DNA from: an uncultured Ruminococcus sp. | GTDB lineage: Bacteria > Bacillota > Clostridia > Oscillospirales > CAG-272 | Reading direction: 5' to 3' | Length of the DNA stretch: 64,000 nt | NCBI GenBank assembly: GCA_964522215.1 | Contig: CAZFVR010000003.1 | Span: forward strand, 43,112 to 107,111 | Part shown: positions 20,268 to 30,212 of the stretch, one piece after another | Layout of the letters: every line of letters starts with the position of its first letter | Numbering within the stretch: the stretch's first letter is position 1 | The notes under the pieces: generated by a model | What the model was told of the DNA's origin: nothing | What the model saw: the letters and a program-made list of their open reading frames with translations, nothing else | Databases searched by the model: none | Program-made: the position numbers and the translations under genes

Positions 20268-21359
20268 ATGAAAATGTCAATTTCAACATCCCAAGCACAA
20301 CAAAATATCAACACCACACACATAGATGTGGATCCCGATAATTTTGACCCATCGATACTACTGCCGGCCGCGCAGTCACTGCGCGCCGGCGGACTGGTGA
20401 TATTCCCCACCGAGACGGTATACGGTCTTGGCGGAGATGCCACGAATGAGGGCTCGGCAAAAAAGATATATGCGGCCAAGGGGCGGCCATCGGACAACCC
20501 GCTGATAATCCATATCTCCGACCCCAAAAACGCAGAGCCTTATTGTGTAACAACAAAGCTCTACTACAAGCTGGCGGCAAGCTTTATGCCGGGGCCTTTG
20601 ACCGTCATCATGCAGAAAAAGGATACCATCCCCTCCTGCGTAACGGGTGGGCTTGACTCGGTAGCCGTAAGATGCCCCGCGCACCCGGTTGCAAATGAGC
20701 TGATAAAGCTGGCGGGCATCCCCATTGCCGCGCCAAGCGCAAATCTTTCCGGTCGCCCGTCCCCCACCAAGGCCGAGCACGCCGCGCAGGATCTTGACGG
20801 CCGCGTTGACTTTATAATAGACGGCGGAGAGTGCCGCTACGGCGTTGAATCCACCATAGTTCGCATAGATGACGATGAATCCCTAACACTGCTTCGCCCG
20901 GGGGCTGTCACCTATGATGCACTCCGTTGCGTTGCCAAAAATGTATCGATAGCACCTGCTGTGACGGAAATGCTGGCAGCGAATGAGCGCCCGCTCTCTC
21001 CCGGTATGAAATACCGCCACTACGCGCCGTCAAAACCGCTGATACTTGTGAGGGGCTCGGAGGCCGCAAGGCTCCGCTTTTTCAGAGAAGCTCAGGCAAA
21101 TGAGAACTGCTTGATCATATGCTATGACGAGCAAGCGCCGCTATTGACGGATGCAGACGGCAAGATCATAACGATCGGTGCGGGATATGATCTTGCAACA
21201 CAGATGCACCGAATATTTGCCGCACTGCGCGAATCCGACGAGATAGATGCTGACGTTATATACGCCAACCTGCCTGACACCGACGGGCTCGGCCTTGCGC
21301 TTTACAATCGACTGATACGTGCCGCGGCACATACCGTAATAGATCTTGACAAGGCGTGA
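20268..21359 (+). CDS. L-threonylcarbamoyladenylate synthase (Sua5/YwlC/TsaC type, with Sua5 C-terminal domain)
   Basis: VIFPTETVYGLGGDA, KGRPSDNPLIIH and APSANLSGRPSPT. The ORF track starts at 20229; I prefer ATG 20268. Confidence 0.85.
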   Translation: MKMSISTSQAQQNINTTHIDVDPDNFDPSILLPAAQSLRAGGLVIFPTETVYGLGGDATNEGSAKKIYAAKGRPSDNPLIIHISDPKNAEPYCVTTKLYYKLAASFMPGPLTVIMQKKDTIPSCVTGGLDSVAVRCPAHPVANELIKLAGIPIAAPSANLSGRPSPTKAEHAAQDLDGRVDFIIDGGECRYGVESTIVRIDDDESLTLLRPGAVTYDALRCVAKNVSIAPAVTEMLAANERPLSPGMKYRHYAPSKPLILVRGSEAARLRFFREAQANENCLIICYDEQAPLLTDADGKIITIGAGYDLATQMHRIFAALRESDEIDADVIYANLPDTDGLGLALYNRLIRAAAHTVIDLDKA

Positions 21360-21482
21360 GAGTGTTTTTAGTTCTTAAATCAATAGCTCCCGCCAAATAA
21401 GTGCTAACAGCCATCTACTTTTGTAAGAAGAGATAACAATATAAACAGACATAGTAAAAACAAGGAGAGATCAGATCCCCGA

Positions 21483-23720
21483 ATGGCAAGAAAAAAGAAA
21501 AATGATGCCTCTGAGCTGTTGCCTGCCGCCGAGGCTCCGATAACCGAGCAATATATTACCGAAACGATAGAAAAAAACTATATGCCGTATGTTATGAGCG
21601 TTATAGTTTCACGTGCGATACCCGCCATCGACGGCTTTAAGCCCGCGCACCGTAAGCTGCTTTATACGATGTATAAAATGGGACTTATGAGCGGACCGCG
21701 TTCAAAAAGCGCAAACGTTGTAGGCCAGACCATGCGCCTCAACCCTCACGGAGATGCGGCGATATATGACACGCTTGTAAGACTCACACGCGACAACGCC
21801 ACGCTGCTTCACCCCTTTATAGATTCCAAGGGAGGCTTTGGTAAGCAGTACAGCTCCGGTCCTTACTCTGCGCCGCGTTACACTGAGGTAAGGCTTGAAA
21901 AATTTGCGGCGGAGATATTCTCCGGCATTGAAAAGAATGCCGTGGATATGGTGGACAACTATGACGGCACTATGAAAGAGCCGGCACTTATGCCAACCAC
22001 CTTTCCCAACGTGCTCGTCACCCCCAACATGGGTATTGCGGTCGGTATGGCATCAAATATATGCTCCTTTAACCTCGCCGAGATATGCGACGGCACGATC
22101 GCTCTGCTCCGCAATCCTCGTACCGATACCGAGCGACTGCTTGACATAATAAAAGCACCGGATTTCTCCGGCGGCGGACTTATAGTCTACAATCGCGACA
22201 AGATGCGTGAGATCTTTGAGACCGGCTCCGGCTCGGTCAAGGTACGTTCGCGCTACACCTATGATCCCAAGGCAAACTGCATAGACATCTCGGAGATCCC
22301 CTACTCCACCACCATCGAGCAGATAATAAAGCAGACGACCGACCTCATCAAGGAGGGCAAGCTTAAGGAGATATCGGATATTCGAGACGAGATAGGTCTT
22401 TCCGGCTTTAGACTTACAATAGACATTCGCCGCGGAACGGATCCCGACCAACTCATGGCCAAGCTATTTAAGCTGACATCCCTTGAGGATTCATTTAAAT
22501 GCAACTTCAATATCCTCATCGGCTCCGTACCGCGCCAGATGGGCGTGCGAGAGATACTTGAGGAATGGATAAAATTCCGCTCCGAATGCTACTCACGTGA
22601 GCTGCGCTTTGATCTTGAACGCAAAAAAGAACGACTGCACCTTTTGATCGGTCTTGGGCGCATATTGCTTGACATTGATAAAGCGATAAAGATCATTCGC
22701 GGAACGGAAAAGGATGCGGATGTTATCCCCAATCTTTGCTCAGGCTTTGGTATTGACGTTCCGCAGGCCGAGTTTATTGCGGATATAAAGCTTCGCCACC
22801 TGAACCGCGAGTATATTCTAAATCGCATAAAGGACATTGACGATCTGCAAAAGCAGATAGCCGAGCTGGAAGATATACTCTCCGATGAGCTTAAGCTTAA
22901 AAAACAGATAGCCGCACAGCTGGCGGATATAAAGAAAAAATACGGTCAGCCGAGACGCTCGGAACTGATCGAGGAGAGCGAGATAACGACTGCAGCACCG
23001 GTGGAGAATATTGAAAACTACCCCGCACACTTCTTCCTGACATCCGAGGGCTACTTTAAAAAGATAACAGCGCTATCCCTGCGCGGAAACGATGAGCACA
23101 GGTTTAAGGACGGCGACAGCATGATAGGTGAAGCGGAGGGCGACAACCTGACGGAGCTTTATTTCTTCACCGACCGCGCACAAGTATATCATGCCAGAGC
23201 CTGCGACTTTGAGACCTGCAAAGCATCGGCCATGGGAGAATTTTTGCCCGCAAAGCTCGGGTTTGACTCGGGCGAGAAGCCGATACTCATGAAGGTCGGT
23301 GCAGAATGGAGCGAGGATCGGCGCATGGTATTTATCTTTGAAAACGGCAAGGGAGTGCGCGTACCGCAGGCGGTATATCAGACCAAGGGCAACCGCCGCA
23401 AGCTGACGGGAGCTTACTCGCAGGCCTCCCCAATAGTAGGAATATTTGAGGAGGAGCGGCCGTTTGAGATATTACTGCTGACCAGCAACGATAAGGCGGC
23501 GGTCATATCCTCCTCCCTCATTCCCGAAAAAGCCACAAGGAGCGCCGGCGGCGTTCAGCTGGTAACGCTGAAGGGCGGCGCTACGCTTGCTGCGGCGTTA
23601 GATGACTTTAGTGACAGATTTGAAAGCACCAAGGGTTACAAAAAAATAAAGATCCCTGCCACACCGGTGCTGCTGGTGGAAAAGGATATTGAAAAGATGC
23701 AGATGAAACTTGATCTGTAA
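21483..23720 (+). CDS. type IIA topoisomerase subunit A (ParC/GyrA-like, short 745 aa form)
   Basis: NYMPYVMSVIVSRAIPAIDGFKPAHRKLLY, HPHGD-like NPHGDAAIYD, active-site region SAPRYTEVRL, and a beta-pinwheel-like C-terminus. Confidence 0.8.
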   Translation: MARKKKNDASELLPAAEAPITEQYITETIEKNYMPYVMSVIVSRAIPAIDGFKPAHRKLLYTMYKMGLMSGPRSKSANVVGQTMRLNPHGDAAIYDTLVRLTRDNATLLHPFIDSKGGFGKQYSSGPYSAPRYTEVRLEKFAAEIFSGIEKNAVDMVDNYDGTMKEPALMPTTFPNVLVTPNMGIAVGMASNICSFNLAEICDGTIALLRNPRTDTERLLDIIKAPDFSGGGLIVYNRDKMREIFETGSGSVKVRSRYTYDPKANCIDISEIPYSTTIEQIIKQTTDLIKEGKLKEISDIRDEIGLSGFRLTIDIRRGTDPDQLMAKLFKLTSLEDSFKCNFNILIGSVPRQMGVREILEEWIKFRSECYSRELRFDLERKKERLHLLIGLGRILLDIDKAIKIIRGTEKDADVIPNLCSGFGIDVPQAEFIADIKLRHLNREYILNRIKDIDDLQKQIAELEDILSDELKLKKQIAAQLADIKKKYGQPRRSELIEESEITTAAPVENIENYPAHFFLTSEGYFKKITALSLRGNDEHRFKDGDSMIGEAEGDNLTELYFFTDRAQVYHARACDFETCKASAMGEFLPAKLGFDSGEKPILMKVGAEWSEDRRMVFIFENGKGVRVPQAVYQTKGNRRKLTGAYSQASPIVGIFEEERPFEILLLTSNDKAAVISSSLIPEKATRSAGGVQLVTLKGGATLAAALDDFSDRFESTKGYKKIKIPATPVLLVEKDIEKMQMKLDL

Positions 23721-23765
23721 AGTCAAAATTGCCGCCGCGCCGCGGCGGAACGGAGATCACTACCA

Positions 23766-24752
23766 ATGAAAAAAATACCCGAAAAAATCAAGAAAGTTGC
23801 GGCTCTTTTTATGGCGTTGGCACTCGCCTTTGCCACATCACTGGCCGTGTATGCCTCGCTGGTATACGACAGCGCAGTTGACCCGGTAGTTTCACTTTCA
23901 GGACTTGCGCAGTATGTTGAGGATTATGTATTGTCCCCGCTCTCAAATCGCATTGACGATCTCACCGCCAGAGTCAGCGCACTGGAGCTTGGCGGCGGTG
24001 GCGGCGGTGGCGGAGGAGGCATGAACTCCGAAGCCTATCAAGCAATAATGTCACGTATAGCCGCGCTCGAGGAGCAAGGCAAGTCCAAGGATGCAGAGAT
24101 CGCGGCACTAAAAAACAAGCTGCAATCGCTTGAGAACGATCACGGCTCAAGACTCACCGAGATCGAGTCAAACTACTCGAATATATCAAAGCAGATAGAT
24201 TCAATAAATGACTCGATAACCGGCATAAAGAGCAGTATTGAAACACTTCGCGCCGACAAGAACAGTCTTGAAAAGAACTTTTCCGACCTTTCAAACAAAT
24301 ACCTGAGCGTGACAAAGGAGATGAACTCGCTTCGTGCTTCTATCGACGCGCTGACAGGAGATAGCGGTGCGATCACAGATCTGCGCGCAAAATATGATGC
24401 GCTGAGGGAGACAATAGAGCAGCTCCAAACTAAGGCGGGCGTTATGTACAGACCTGTATTTGTTGATGCGGGACAAACGATACGCGCCAAAAACGCCGAC
24501 GAGGGCGTGCTGGTGATAGTAAGATCCGGCTATGCCGTGATAGAATCCCCCTACAATACCTCCGGCACACTGCAGGGCGTGAACGATCTTACCACCGGCG
24601 AGGAGCTTTACAACGGTGCGGATGCGCCGCTGATGCACAACCTGCTGATCCCGCGCGGCGCAGAGGACGGCCGCGGTATTCGCATTGAGAGCTACGACGG
24701 TGCTTATGTTATGATAGGCGGCGAGTACATAATTGAAGATGCCCATGAATAA
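23766..24752 (+). CDS. hypothetical secreted or membrane-anchored coiled-coil protein with a poly-Gly hinge
   Basis: Signal/anchor VAALFMALALAFATSLAVYA, a run of 10 Gly, about 150 aa of heptad-like sequence (LENDHGSRLTEIESNYSNISKQIDSINDSITGIKSSIETL...), and a beta-rich C-terminal domain of about 95 aa. Confidence 0.5.
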   Translation: MKKIPEKIKKVAALFMALALAFATSLAVYASLVYDSAVDPVVSLSGLAQYVEDYVLSPLSNRIDDLTARVSALELGGGGGGGGGGMNSEAYQAIMSRIAALEEQGKSKDAEIAALKNKLQSLENDHGSRLTEIESNYSNISKQIDSINDSITGIKSSIETLRADKNSLEKNFSDLSNKYLSVTKEMNSLRASIDALTGDSGAITDLRAKYDALRETIEQLQTKAGVMYRPVFVDAGQTIRAKNADEGVLVIVRSGYAVIESPYNTSGTLQGVNDLTTGEELYNGADAPLMHNLLIPRGAEDGRGIRIESYDGAYVMIGGEYIIEDAHE

Positions 24753-26772
24753 ACGCAATAAAAGCGCAATAAGCTTAGACAGTGCGGGCACAGTAAAAAG
24801 AGGGGCCAAAGCAAACGGCAGGCGTTCCCTTTGCGGGGTACTGCTTGCAGCGCTTGTTGCTGCCATGCTGCTCAGCGGAGTCACACTGGTGATAAACGCA
24901 TCGGCGGATGCCTCGGCACTCTCATCCTACACGATAAAATCGAACGTCAAGACCAGCCCCATGTATCTTGCCATTGGGCTAAGATACGGCGTTGACGCGC
25001 CGTTTTCCTGCTCTATGCTCTCCCCATACGGCTTTGTTGTGGGTGAGACCGAGATCACAAGAACGGACAGGAACTTTAAGCCTCTCTTTAAGCTCAACTC
25101 CGCCACAGTTCATGCCGTGTGCGACACGAACCTCAAGATCGGATACAACTCCTGCTCACAGGCCACGGAGGATAATGCCGACATAGGCGGATACCACGTT
25201 GAGATCGCCAATGCGGCCGATATCTGGGCGGATTTTGCATCCTACTCGGATCTTTTTGAAGCGATGTACGAGCAGTGCTTCCCTGCCTATATCAACGGCG
25301 AAAAGTGCATCCGCATAGGTGCCTTCCCCACCTATACAGCGGCGGGAGAGGCCGCGGCGACGATATCCTCGATCATGACCAACCGCACGGTGCGCATCGC
25401 ATCGCCGTCCGCCACCGGTGTTTCGGTCCTCGACGACACGATGGAGAGCATACTTTTTGAATACGAGGGCGGCGACCATTTTTATCTCGGTTTTTCGGCA
25501 TATCAACAGCCGGGGCGCGACCACGCATATATACAGGACGTTGCAACATCAACACTCTATGACGGACTGTTTTGCTTTAGGCATTTTATAGGGTCTGAAT
25601 GTAACGGGCTTTTGCAAATAAACGTGGTCGAGCTCAACACATATGTTGAGGGCGTTCTCCCCAACGAGATATACACCAGTTGGGATATCGAAACGCAAAA
25701 AGCCTTTGCCATCACCGTAAGATCCTATTCGGTAAAGTGCGTGGGCAAGCATTATTCCTCCTACGGCTTTGATATGTGCAGTCTTTCGCACTGCGAAAAC
25801 TACCGCGGGCGCAAGCTTATAACCTCACGCGTGACACAAGCAGTAAACGAAACACGCGACCAGATACTGACCTTCGGCTCGACCATAGTTGAGGGACTTT
25901 ACTCCTCAAGCATCGGTGGCTGGTCGGTGGATCCCAAGTATGTTTGGGGCGGCACAACGGACAGCTACCTGCGAACACAGGCCACACCTTGGGAAAAATA
26001 CTCGGAGTATGCATCAGGGCTTTGGTTTAACGAGGTTACGGCGGCGCAGCTCAAGACCGCCTGCCGCGAATACGGCGAGACACAGATCAATTCAAACATC
26101 TCACGTGTTGAGACCACCACGACCGGCGACTCCTCCCCTTATGTTTACAGCATAAAGCTTACAGATTCAAACGGAAACACCGCATCCGCTACCCGCTGTT
26201 CCGGCGTGCGCAGCCTGCTTTCCGGCTATGTTTGGTCGGCAAACATCAAAATAGGGCGCGGGTCCGTTGACTACACATATGAGGATGTTATATCCACAAG
26301 AATAATAAACCTCATGGGATCGAGCGCGGGGTCCGTCAGCGTAAAGACAAAAAACGGTGTTATTGTATCAGATGCCGCAGGATTTAACTTTTTGACCGAT
26401 CTCGGTACTGCCATAAAGGACGGCTCATCGACCCTACATATCTATACAGGCAACGGAATAGCGCAGATAATAGGCGGAGATATAGACATCCCCATGTCTA
26501 CCGAGCCTGATGCCAACGGCAACTACACTGTTGTATCAAACTACGGCACATTCCTGATCGTAAACCAGCTGAAGCAGGTCAAAAAGACGCACTACGCCTC
26601 CTCGTCCTCCGCCTTTGCCATCGTTGGCAAGGGTATGGGCCACGGCGTTGGAATGAGCCAGTTTGGCGCCTCCGATCTCGGTGAGGCGGGAGCTACAGCA
26701 TCGCAGATCCTGCTTGCATACTTCCCCGGCACGACCGTGAGCAACTATTTTGACTTTTTAAAGGGTAATTGA
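24733..26772 (+). CDS. SpoIID/LytB-domain protein (large, 679 aa)
   Basis: SpoIID motifs YVEGVLPNEIYTSWDIETQKAFAITVRSY, LYSSSIGGWS and GHGVGMSQFGA. N-terminal TM anchor. SPOR-like segment CIRIGAFPTYTAAGEAA. The start is ambiguous (TTG 24733, ATG 24739 or ATG 24745). Confidence 0.8.
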   Translation: MKMPMNKRNKSAISLDSAGTVKRGAKANGRRSLCGVLLAALVAAMLLSGVTLVINASADASALSSYTIKSNVKTSPMYLAIGLRYGVDAPFSCSMLSPYGFVVGETEITRTDRNFKPLFKLNSATVHAVCDTNLKIGYNSCSQATEDNADIGGYHVEIANAADIWADFASYSDLFEAMYEQCFPAYINGEKCIRIGAFPTYTAAGEAAATISSIMTNRTVRIASPSATGVSVLDDTMESILFEYEGGDHFYLGFSAYQQPGRDHAYIQDVATSTLYDGLFCFRHFIGSECNGLLQINVVELNTYVEGVLPNEIYTSWDIETQKAFAITVRSYSVKCVGKHYSSYGFDMCSLSHCENYRGRKLITSRVTQAVNETRDQILTFGSTIVEGLYSSSIGGWSVDPKYVWGGTTDSYLRTQATPWEKYSEYASGLWFNEVTAAQLKTACREYGETQINSNISRVETTTTGDSSPYVYSIKLTDSNGNTASATRCSGVRSLLSGYVWSANIKIGRGSVDYTYEDVISTRIINLMGSSAGSVSVKTKNGVIVSDAAGFNFLTDLGTAIKDGSSTLHIYTGNGIAQIIGGDIDIPMSTEPDANGNYTVVSNYGTFLIVNQLKQVKKTHYASSSSAFAIVGKGMGHGVGMSQFGASDLGEAGATASQILLAYFPGTTVSNYFDFLKGN

Positions 26773-26820
26773 CGGTCGGCAACCGATCGGTTTATTCATT
26801 GACCCACAAAAACAATACTG

Positions 26821-26859
26821 CCCCGAGGCGGAAGTCGCTAAAAACTTCCCGCCTCGGGG
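26821..26859. terminator. bidirectional intrinsic terminator between convergent genes
   Basis: Stem ccccgaggcgg(aagt) / (actt)cccgcctcgggg. Confidence 0.65.
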
Positions 26860-26892
26860 CATGTTAGTTTATATTTTAACGGTTTGAGATGG

Positions 26893-27846
26893 TCATCTTA
26901 CGAATTCCATAACATCGGCCTCGTTTATATCGCAAAGCTCAGTAATGCGATCCGCCATGCGGATCTTATCCAGCCCAGCCAGCGAATGTGCATCTGTACC
27001 AAAGGTAAACTTGCACCCCGCCGCTTTTGCCAGCTTCATTACGCGTATCATAGGCTCATCAACAAAATCATTTTCCGAGAACTTAAATGCACCGGTGTTT
27101 ATCTCAATCCCCGCCCCCATTTTGGCGGCGATCGAGAAGCATTCAAGATACCTTTCATCGCTGACGGACTCTATCATACGCTTTTGCAGATCCTTCGAGA
27201 AGCCGCAGGGGGAGAATGTGTGCGCCACGATGGTGGGAGTGGTGCGCGTAAGCTTTTTAAACTCCGAGTTTGACATAAGGCTTAAAAAGCTGTGGTACAT
27301 AAATTCGGCATTATACGCTACAACTGCATCGGTGCGCTCGCCAAGCATTGCGGCTATCTCCGCCTCGGGTACTGCATCCATAAGCTTGCGTGCGCGTTCC
27401 TCACCCAGCTCCGGCATAAGGGATGCAAGCTTTACCGAAAGTTCTGACCTCTTTGTTCTTATATCGTCCATCTCGGGGATTACAAAGTTCCTCATATGTA
27501 CGTGGGTATGCGGTACCAAAACATAATCAAATTGCTTTGCGGTCTCGGCGAGCATACCAAGGTTATCCGACATTCCGCAATACTCGGTCTCTGTCCCCAC
27601 CATAAGTCTTATACCGGGCAATGTCGGCATGGCGGCACGTGCACCCTCAAGACCGTAATTTATCATTTGCATGTGATACCAATGGCTCGGCCCGGGTACT
27701 TTTTCATCCCACAGGTGATTGGATACACCAAAATTTGTGTGTCCCAGCTCCTTTGCGCGGTGGGCAAAGGCTTCAACGGTTGCCGTAGGATCGTAACAGC
27801 AGAGGGACAGCAGGGTGTGATTGTGAATATCGTGTTTTACTTGCAT
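26893..27846 (-). CDS. PHP-domain metal-dependent phosphoesterase
   Basis: N-terminal HDIHNHT motif, later VPHTHVHM, and C-terminal FGTDAHS, typical of PHP/histidinol-phosphatase-like folds. Confidence 0.65.
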   Translation of the reverse strand: MQVKHDIHNHTLLSLCCYDPTATVEAFAHRAKELGHTNFGVSNHLWDEKVPGPSHWYHMQMINYGLEGARAAMPTLPGIRLMVGTETEYCGMSDNLGMLAETAKQFDYVLVPHTHVHMRNFVIPEMDDIRTKRSELSVKLASLMPELGEERARKLMDAVPEAEIAAMLGERTDAVVAYNAEFMYHSFLSLMSNSEFKKLTRTTPTIVAHTFSPCGFSKDLQKRMIESVSDERYLECFSIAAKMGAGIEINTGAFKFSENDFVDEPMIRVMKLAKAAGCKFTFGTDAHSLAGLDKIRMADRITELCDINEADVMEFVR

Positions 27847-28011
27847 TTTAGGTTACCGGCCTTTCTTTTATCTTTATCACCCTTATTATAGCAGATGTTT
27901 GCACCAATTTCAACGGTTTTAGCATTTTTTACTTGATATTTTTCATCAAATATGATATCATATATACAGTAATTTTCCCAAAGAGACAAAAGATAATGAA
28001 AGGAAACTGAA

Positions 28012-28683
28012 ATGGATAAATACGAAATTTTAAAATATGCAGACCACACGCTCCTTTCCCCCAAGGCCACGGAGGCAGAGATACGCGCGATCTGCGATGA
28101 TGGGCTGAAGTATCATACAGCATCGGTGTGCATTCCCGCATCATATGTCAAATTTGCACACGACTACACCGAGGGGCTCCTCAACATCTGCACTGTGATC
28201 GGCTTCCCGCTCGGTTATGACACCACGGCCGCAAAATGCTTTGAGGCCGAAGATGCCATACGCAACGGCGCAAATGAAATAGACATGGTTATTAACCTCG
28301 GATGGCTCACAGATGGTAAATTTGATGCGGTCGAGGATGAGATCCGCGCGGTCAAGGCCGCCTGCGGCGACCATATCCTTAAGGTCATAATCGAGACCTG
28401 CCTGCTGGATGACGAACAAAAACGCCGCATGTGCCGGATCGTTGGCGCGGCGGGCGCGGATTATATTAAGACCTCAACAGGTTTTTCCACCGGCGGCGCA
28501 ACACGTGAGGATATTGCACTGTTTGCCGAGAATATTCCCGCAGGGCTTAAGATAAAGGCCGCGGGCGGCATACGCTCCTTTGCCGATGCCGAGGACTTTA
28601 TTGCCCTTGGCGCCGAGCGACTTGGCACGAGCTCACTCGTAAAGCTGATCAAAAAAGAAGAGGCAGCGGCGGCCGCAAAATAA
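28012..28683 (+). CDS. deoC: deoxyribose-phosphate aldolase
   Basis: [29 protein letters not shown] (Schiff-base Lys) and KAAGGIR. Confidence 0.9.
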   Translation: MDKYEILKYADHTLLSPKATEAEIRAICDDGLKYHTASVCIPASYVKFAHDYTEGLLNICTVIGFPLGYDTTAAKCFEAEDAIRNGANEIDMVINLGWLTDGKFDAVEDEIRAVKAACGDHILKVIIETCLLDDEQKRRMCRIVGAAGADYIKTSTGFSTGGATREDIALFAENIPAGLKIKAAGGIRSFADAEDFIALGAERLGTSSLVKLIKKEEAAAAAK

Positions 28684-28710
28684 TGCCGTCATATGCCGCA
28701 TAACTAAAAA

Positions 28711-28749
28711 CCATCGGCTGTAACGCCCCGCGTTACAGCCGATGGTTTT
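28711..28749. terminator. bidirectional intrinsic terminator (deoC / 5S-like gene)
   Basis: Stem ccatcggctgtaacg / cgttacagccgatgg, flanked by AAAAA and TTTT. Confidence 0.7.
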
Positions 28750-28756
28750 GAATTAA

Positions 28757-29998
28757 TTAAATTATATGTATACCGCAAGACGGTACCGAATTAAGCTCGT
28801 CAATACCATACCTTTCGCATTTGCGGTGCTCAAAAAAAGCAACAGCGGCATCACCCGCCATCGCATAGGTGAGGATATCCTCCGCCTGCTCAAGATACGG
28901 TGCGATCTCGGTACGCAGTGTGTCAAGCTCCGGCTCTAAAAGATCCGCCGGGCGCGTGAGCACCATTGATGCATTGCCGCCCAGGGCCGACATAACATCG
29001 GGAGATGGCGGCATGGGCAGTCTACCGTAAAGCCCGCTGACGAGCGCACGGTAGCCGGCCGAAAGCTCGGGGGTGGCGGCAGCCCCATTACTGTGGTAAA
29101 GCGCCGCGGCGCGCTCAATTATAAGCTCGTCAAGCGGCGCGGCCATAGTTGGCCAGCCCGCCTCACGCCTTGCACGCTCAATATAATCATCGGGTGGAAT
29201 AGAATGCCCATCAGTGGGGGTGGCTTTGTTTGCGAGCGGTAACGCCTTTTTGATCTCGTCCCATGCGCCGCCGAGCAACTCGCGGCCGATCGGGGCAGGA
29301 ATGCCGCAAAGATCGATATCAACTCCCGCCACACGATCGTTGGCAAGTATATCACGCGGCGATAGACACTGCATGTCACCTGCACCGATCACAAGAGGGA
29401 TCGATATCGCGCCGCCGACCACCGAGGTGAGTTCACTAAGCGTTTGGGTGTCAAGCTTTTGCTCCGGGTCGAGGATACAAACACGATCCGCACCAGCTCC
29501 CTCAAGTAGTGAGGCATAGCCGGCAAAAAAAGCAGCGCTGCAAGCGGGCCCCGTGGTGTACACCATTGCAGCCTCAAGGTCAAGATCATACTTTTTTGCG
29601 GCTCTCATCACCGTTTCGATATTGCGCGGATCGTTTAACGCATCGTAAACGCGGATGGCGCCAATACCGTTCTCCGCCGTGCGCGCCACCAGATATTCAA
29701 CAACATCATCGGCATAGATCCCACGTCCCAGCAGTGATTGACCACGCAAAGTAAGGCGCAGACGTGTGTTTTTGACACCATCACGCAACGCACGCAGTTG
29801 CTCCCAAGGATCGATGGCCGAGCGCTCGGTAAGCGACTCACCAAGGAAGCTGTCAGCTCCCCAAAGCTCTGCCGCACAAAGTCCCGCACTATCGATCGCA
29901 GCGAGGAGTGATGAAAGCTTTTCTCGGTCAAGTCCACGCAAAAGATTTGGTGGGACAACGGCGCAGATGCGCTTTTGCGCGCATGGTGCAACATTCAT
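28757..29998 (-). CDS. 5S/OadA-like carboxyltransferase-fold protein lacking a biotinyl domain and the canonical metal ligands (probable pseudoenzyme)
   Basis: Clear similarity to the OadA/PycB/5S TIM barrel: DPWEQLRALR, LRGQSLLGRGIYADDVVEYLV and RVYDALNDPRNIE. The C-terminal PYC_OADA-like region has RPADLLEPELD. ATGA overlap with the upstream small ORF. Confidence 0.7.
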   Translation of the reverse strand: MNVAPCAQKRICAVVPPNLLRGLDREKLSSLLAAIDSAGLCAAELWGADSFLGESLTERSAIDPWEQLRALRDGVKNTRLRLTLRGQSLLGRGIYADDVVEYLVARTAENGIGAIRVYDALNDPRNIETVMRAAKKYDLDLEAAMVYTTGPACSAAFFAGYASLLEGAGADRVCILDPEQKLDTQTLSELTSVVGGAISIPLVIGAGDMQCLSPRDILANDRVAGVDIDLCGIPAPIGRELLGGAWDEIKKALPLANKATPTDGHSIPPDDYIERARREAGWPTMAAPLDELIIERAAALYHSNGAAATPELSAGYRALVSGLYGRLPMPPSPDVMSALGGNASMVLTRPADLLEPELDTLRTEIAPYLEQAEDILTYAMAGDAAVAFFEHRKCERYGIDELNSVPSCGIHII

Positions 29999-30183
29999 CT
30001 TTTCAGACCCGCATCCGTCACTGACGGCTTATCGACAGTTCGCGGCAGGTCGGCGAAAGCGGCGTTAGGTGCATTCTCATTATCGCACACGTCCTCCGCG
30101 GGCAGTTCCTCAACCTCAACGATATAGTCCCGCCCCTCTACCTTTACCTTAAATCTTCTTTTCTTTGTATTATTCTCGCTCAT
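29995..30183 (-). CDS. small protein resembling only the N-terminal beta-hairpin of 1.3S/MmdC/GcdC biotin carriers (no biotinyl domain)
   Basis: RFKVKVEGRDYIVEVEEL matches the KxxVxVNGxxYxVxVE N-terminal signature of decarboxylase/transcarboxylase biotin carriers. There is no (A/V)MKM motif. Start ATG 30183 lies 7 nt after GGAG; the ORF track extends to 30225. Confidence 0.4.
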   Translation of the reverse strand: MSENNTKKRRFKVKVEGRDYIVEVEELPAEDVCDNENAPNAAFADLPRTVDKPSVTDAGLKR

Positions 30184-30212
30184 TTTCATCTCCGTATCTG
30201 CCCGGGCGACTA

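Noticed and set aside
23732-23750. GC palindrome ccgccgcg(c)cgcggcgg after the ParC-like gene as a terminator.
   Set aside because: There is no U-tract and the loop is too small. It sits immediately before the RBS of the next co-directional gene, so read-through is likely.
23990-24019. GGN(10) repeat as a phase-variation tract.
   Set aside because: It is a triplet repeat with mixed codons (GGC/GGT/GGA), so slippage would change hinge length but not the frame. It is not a homopolymer or dinucleotide switch.
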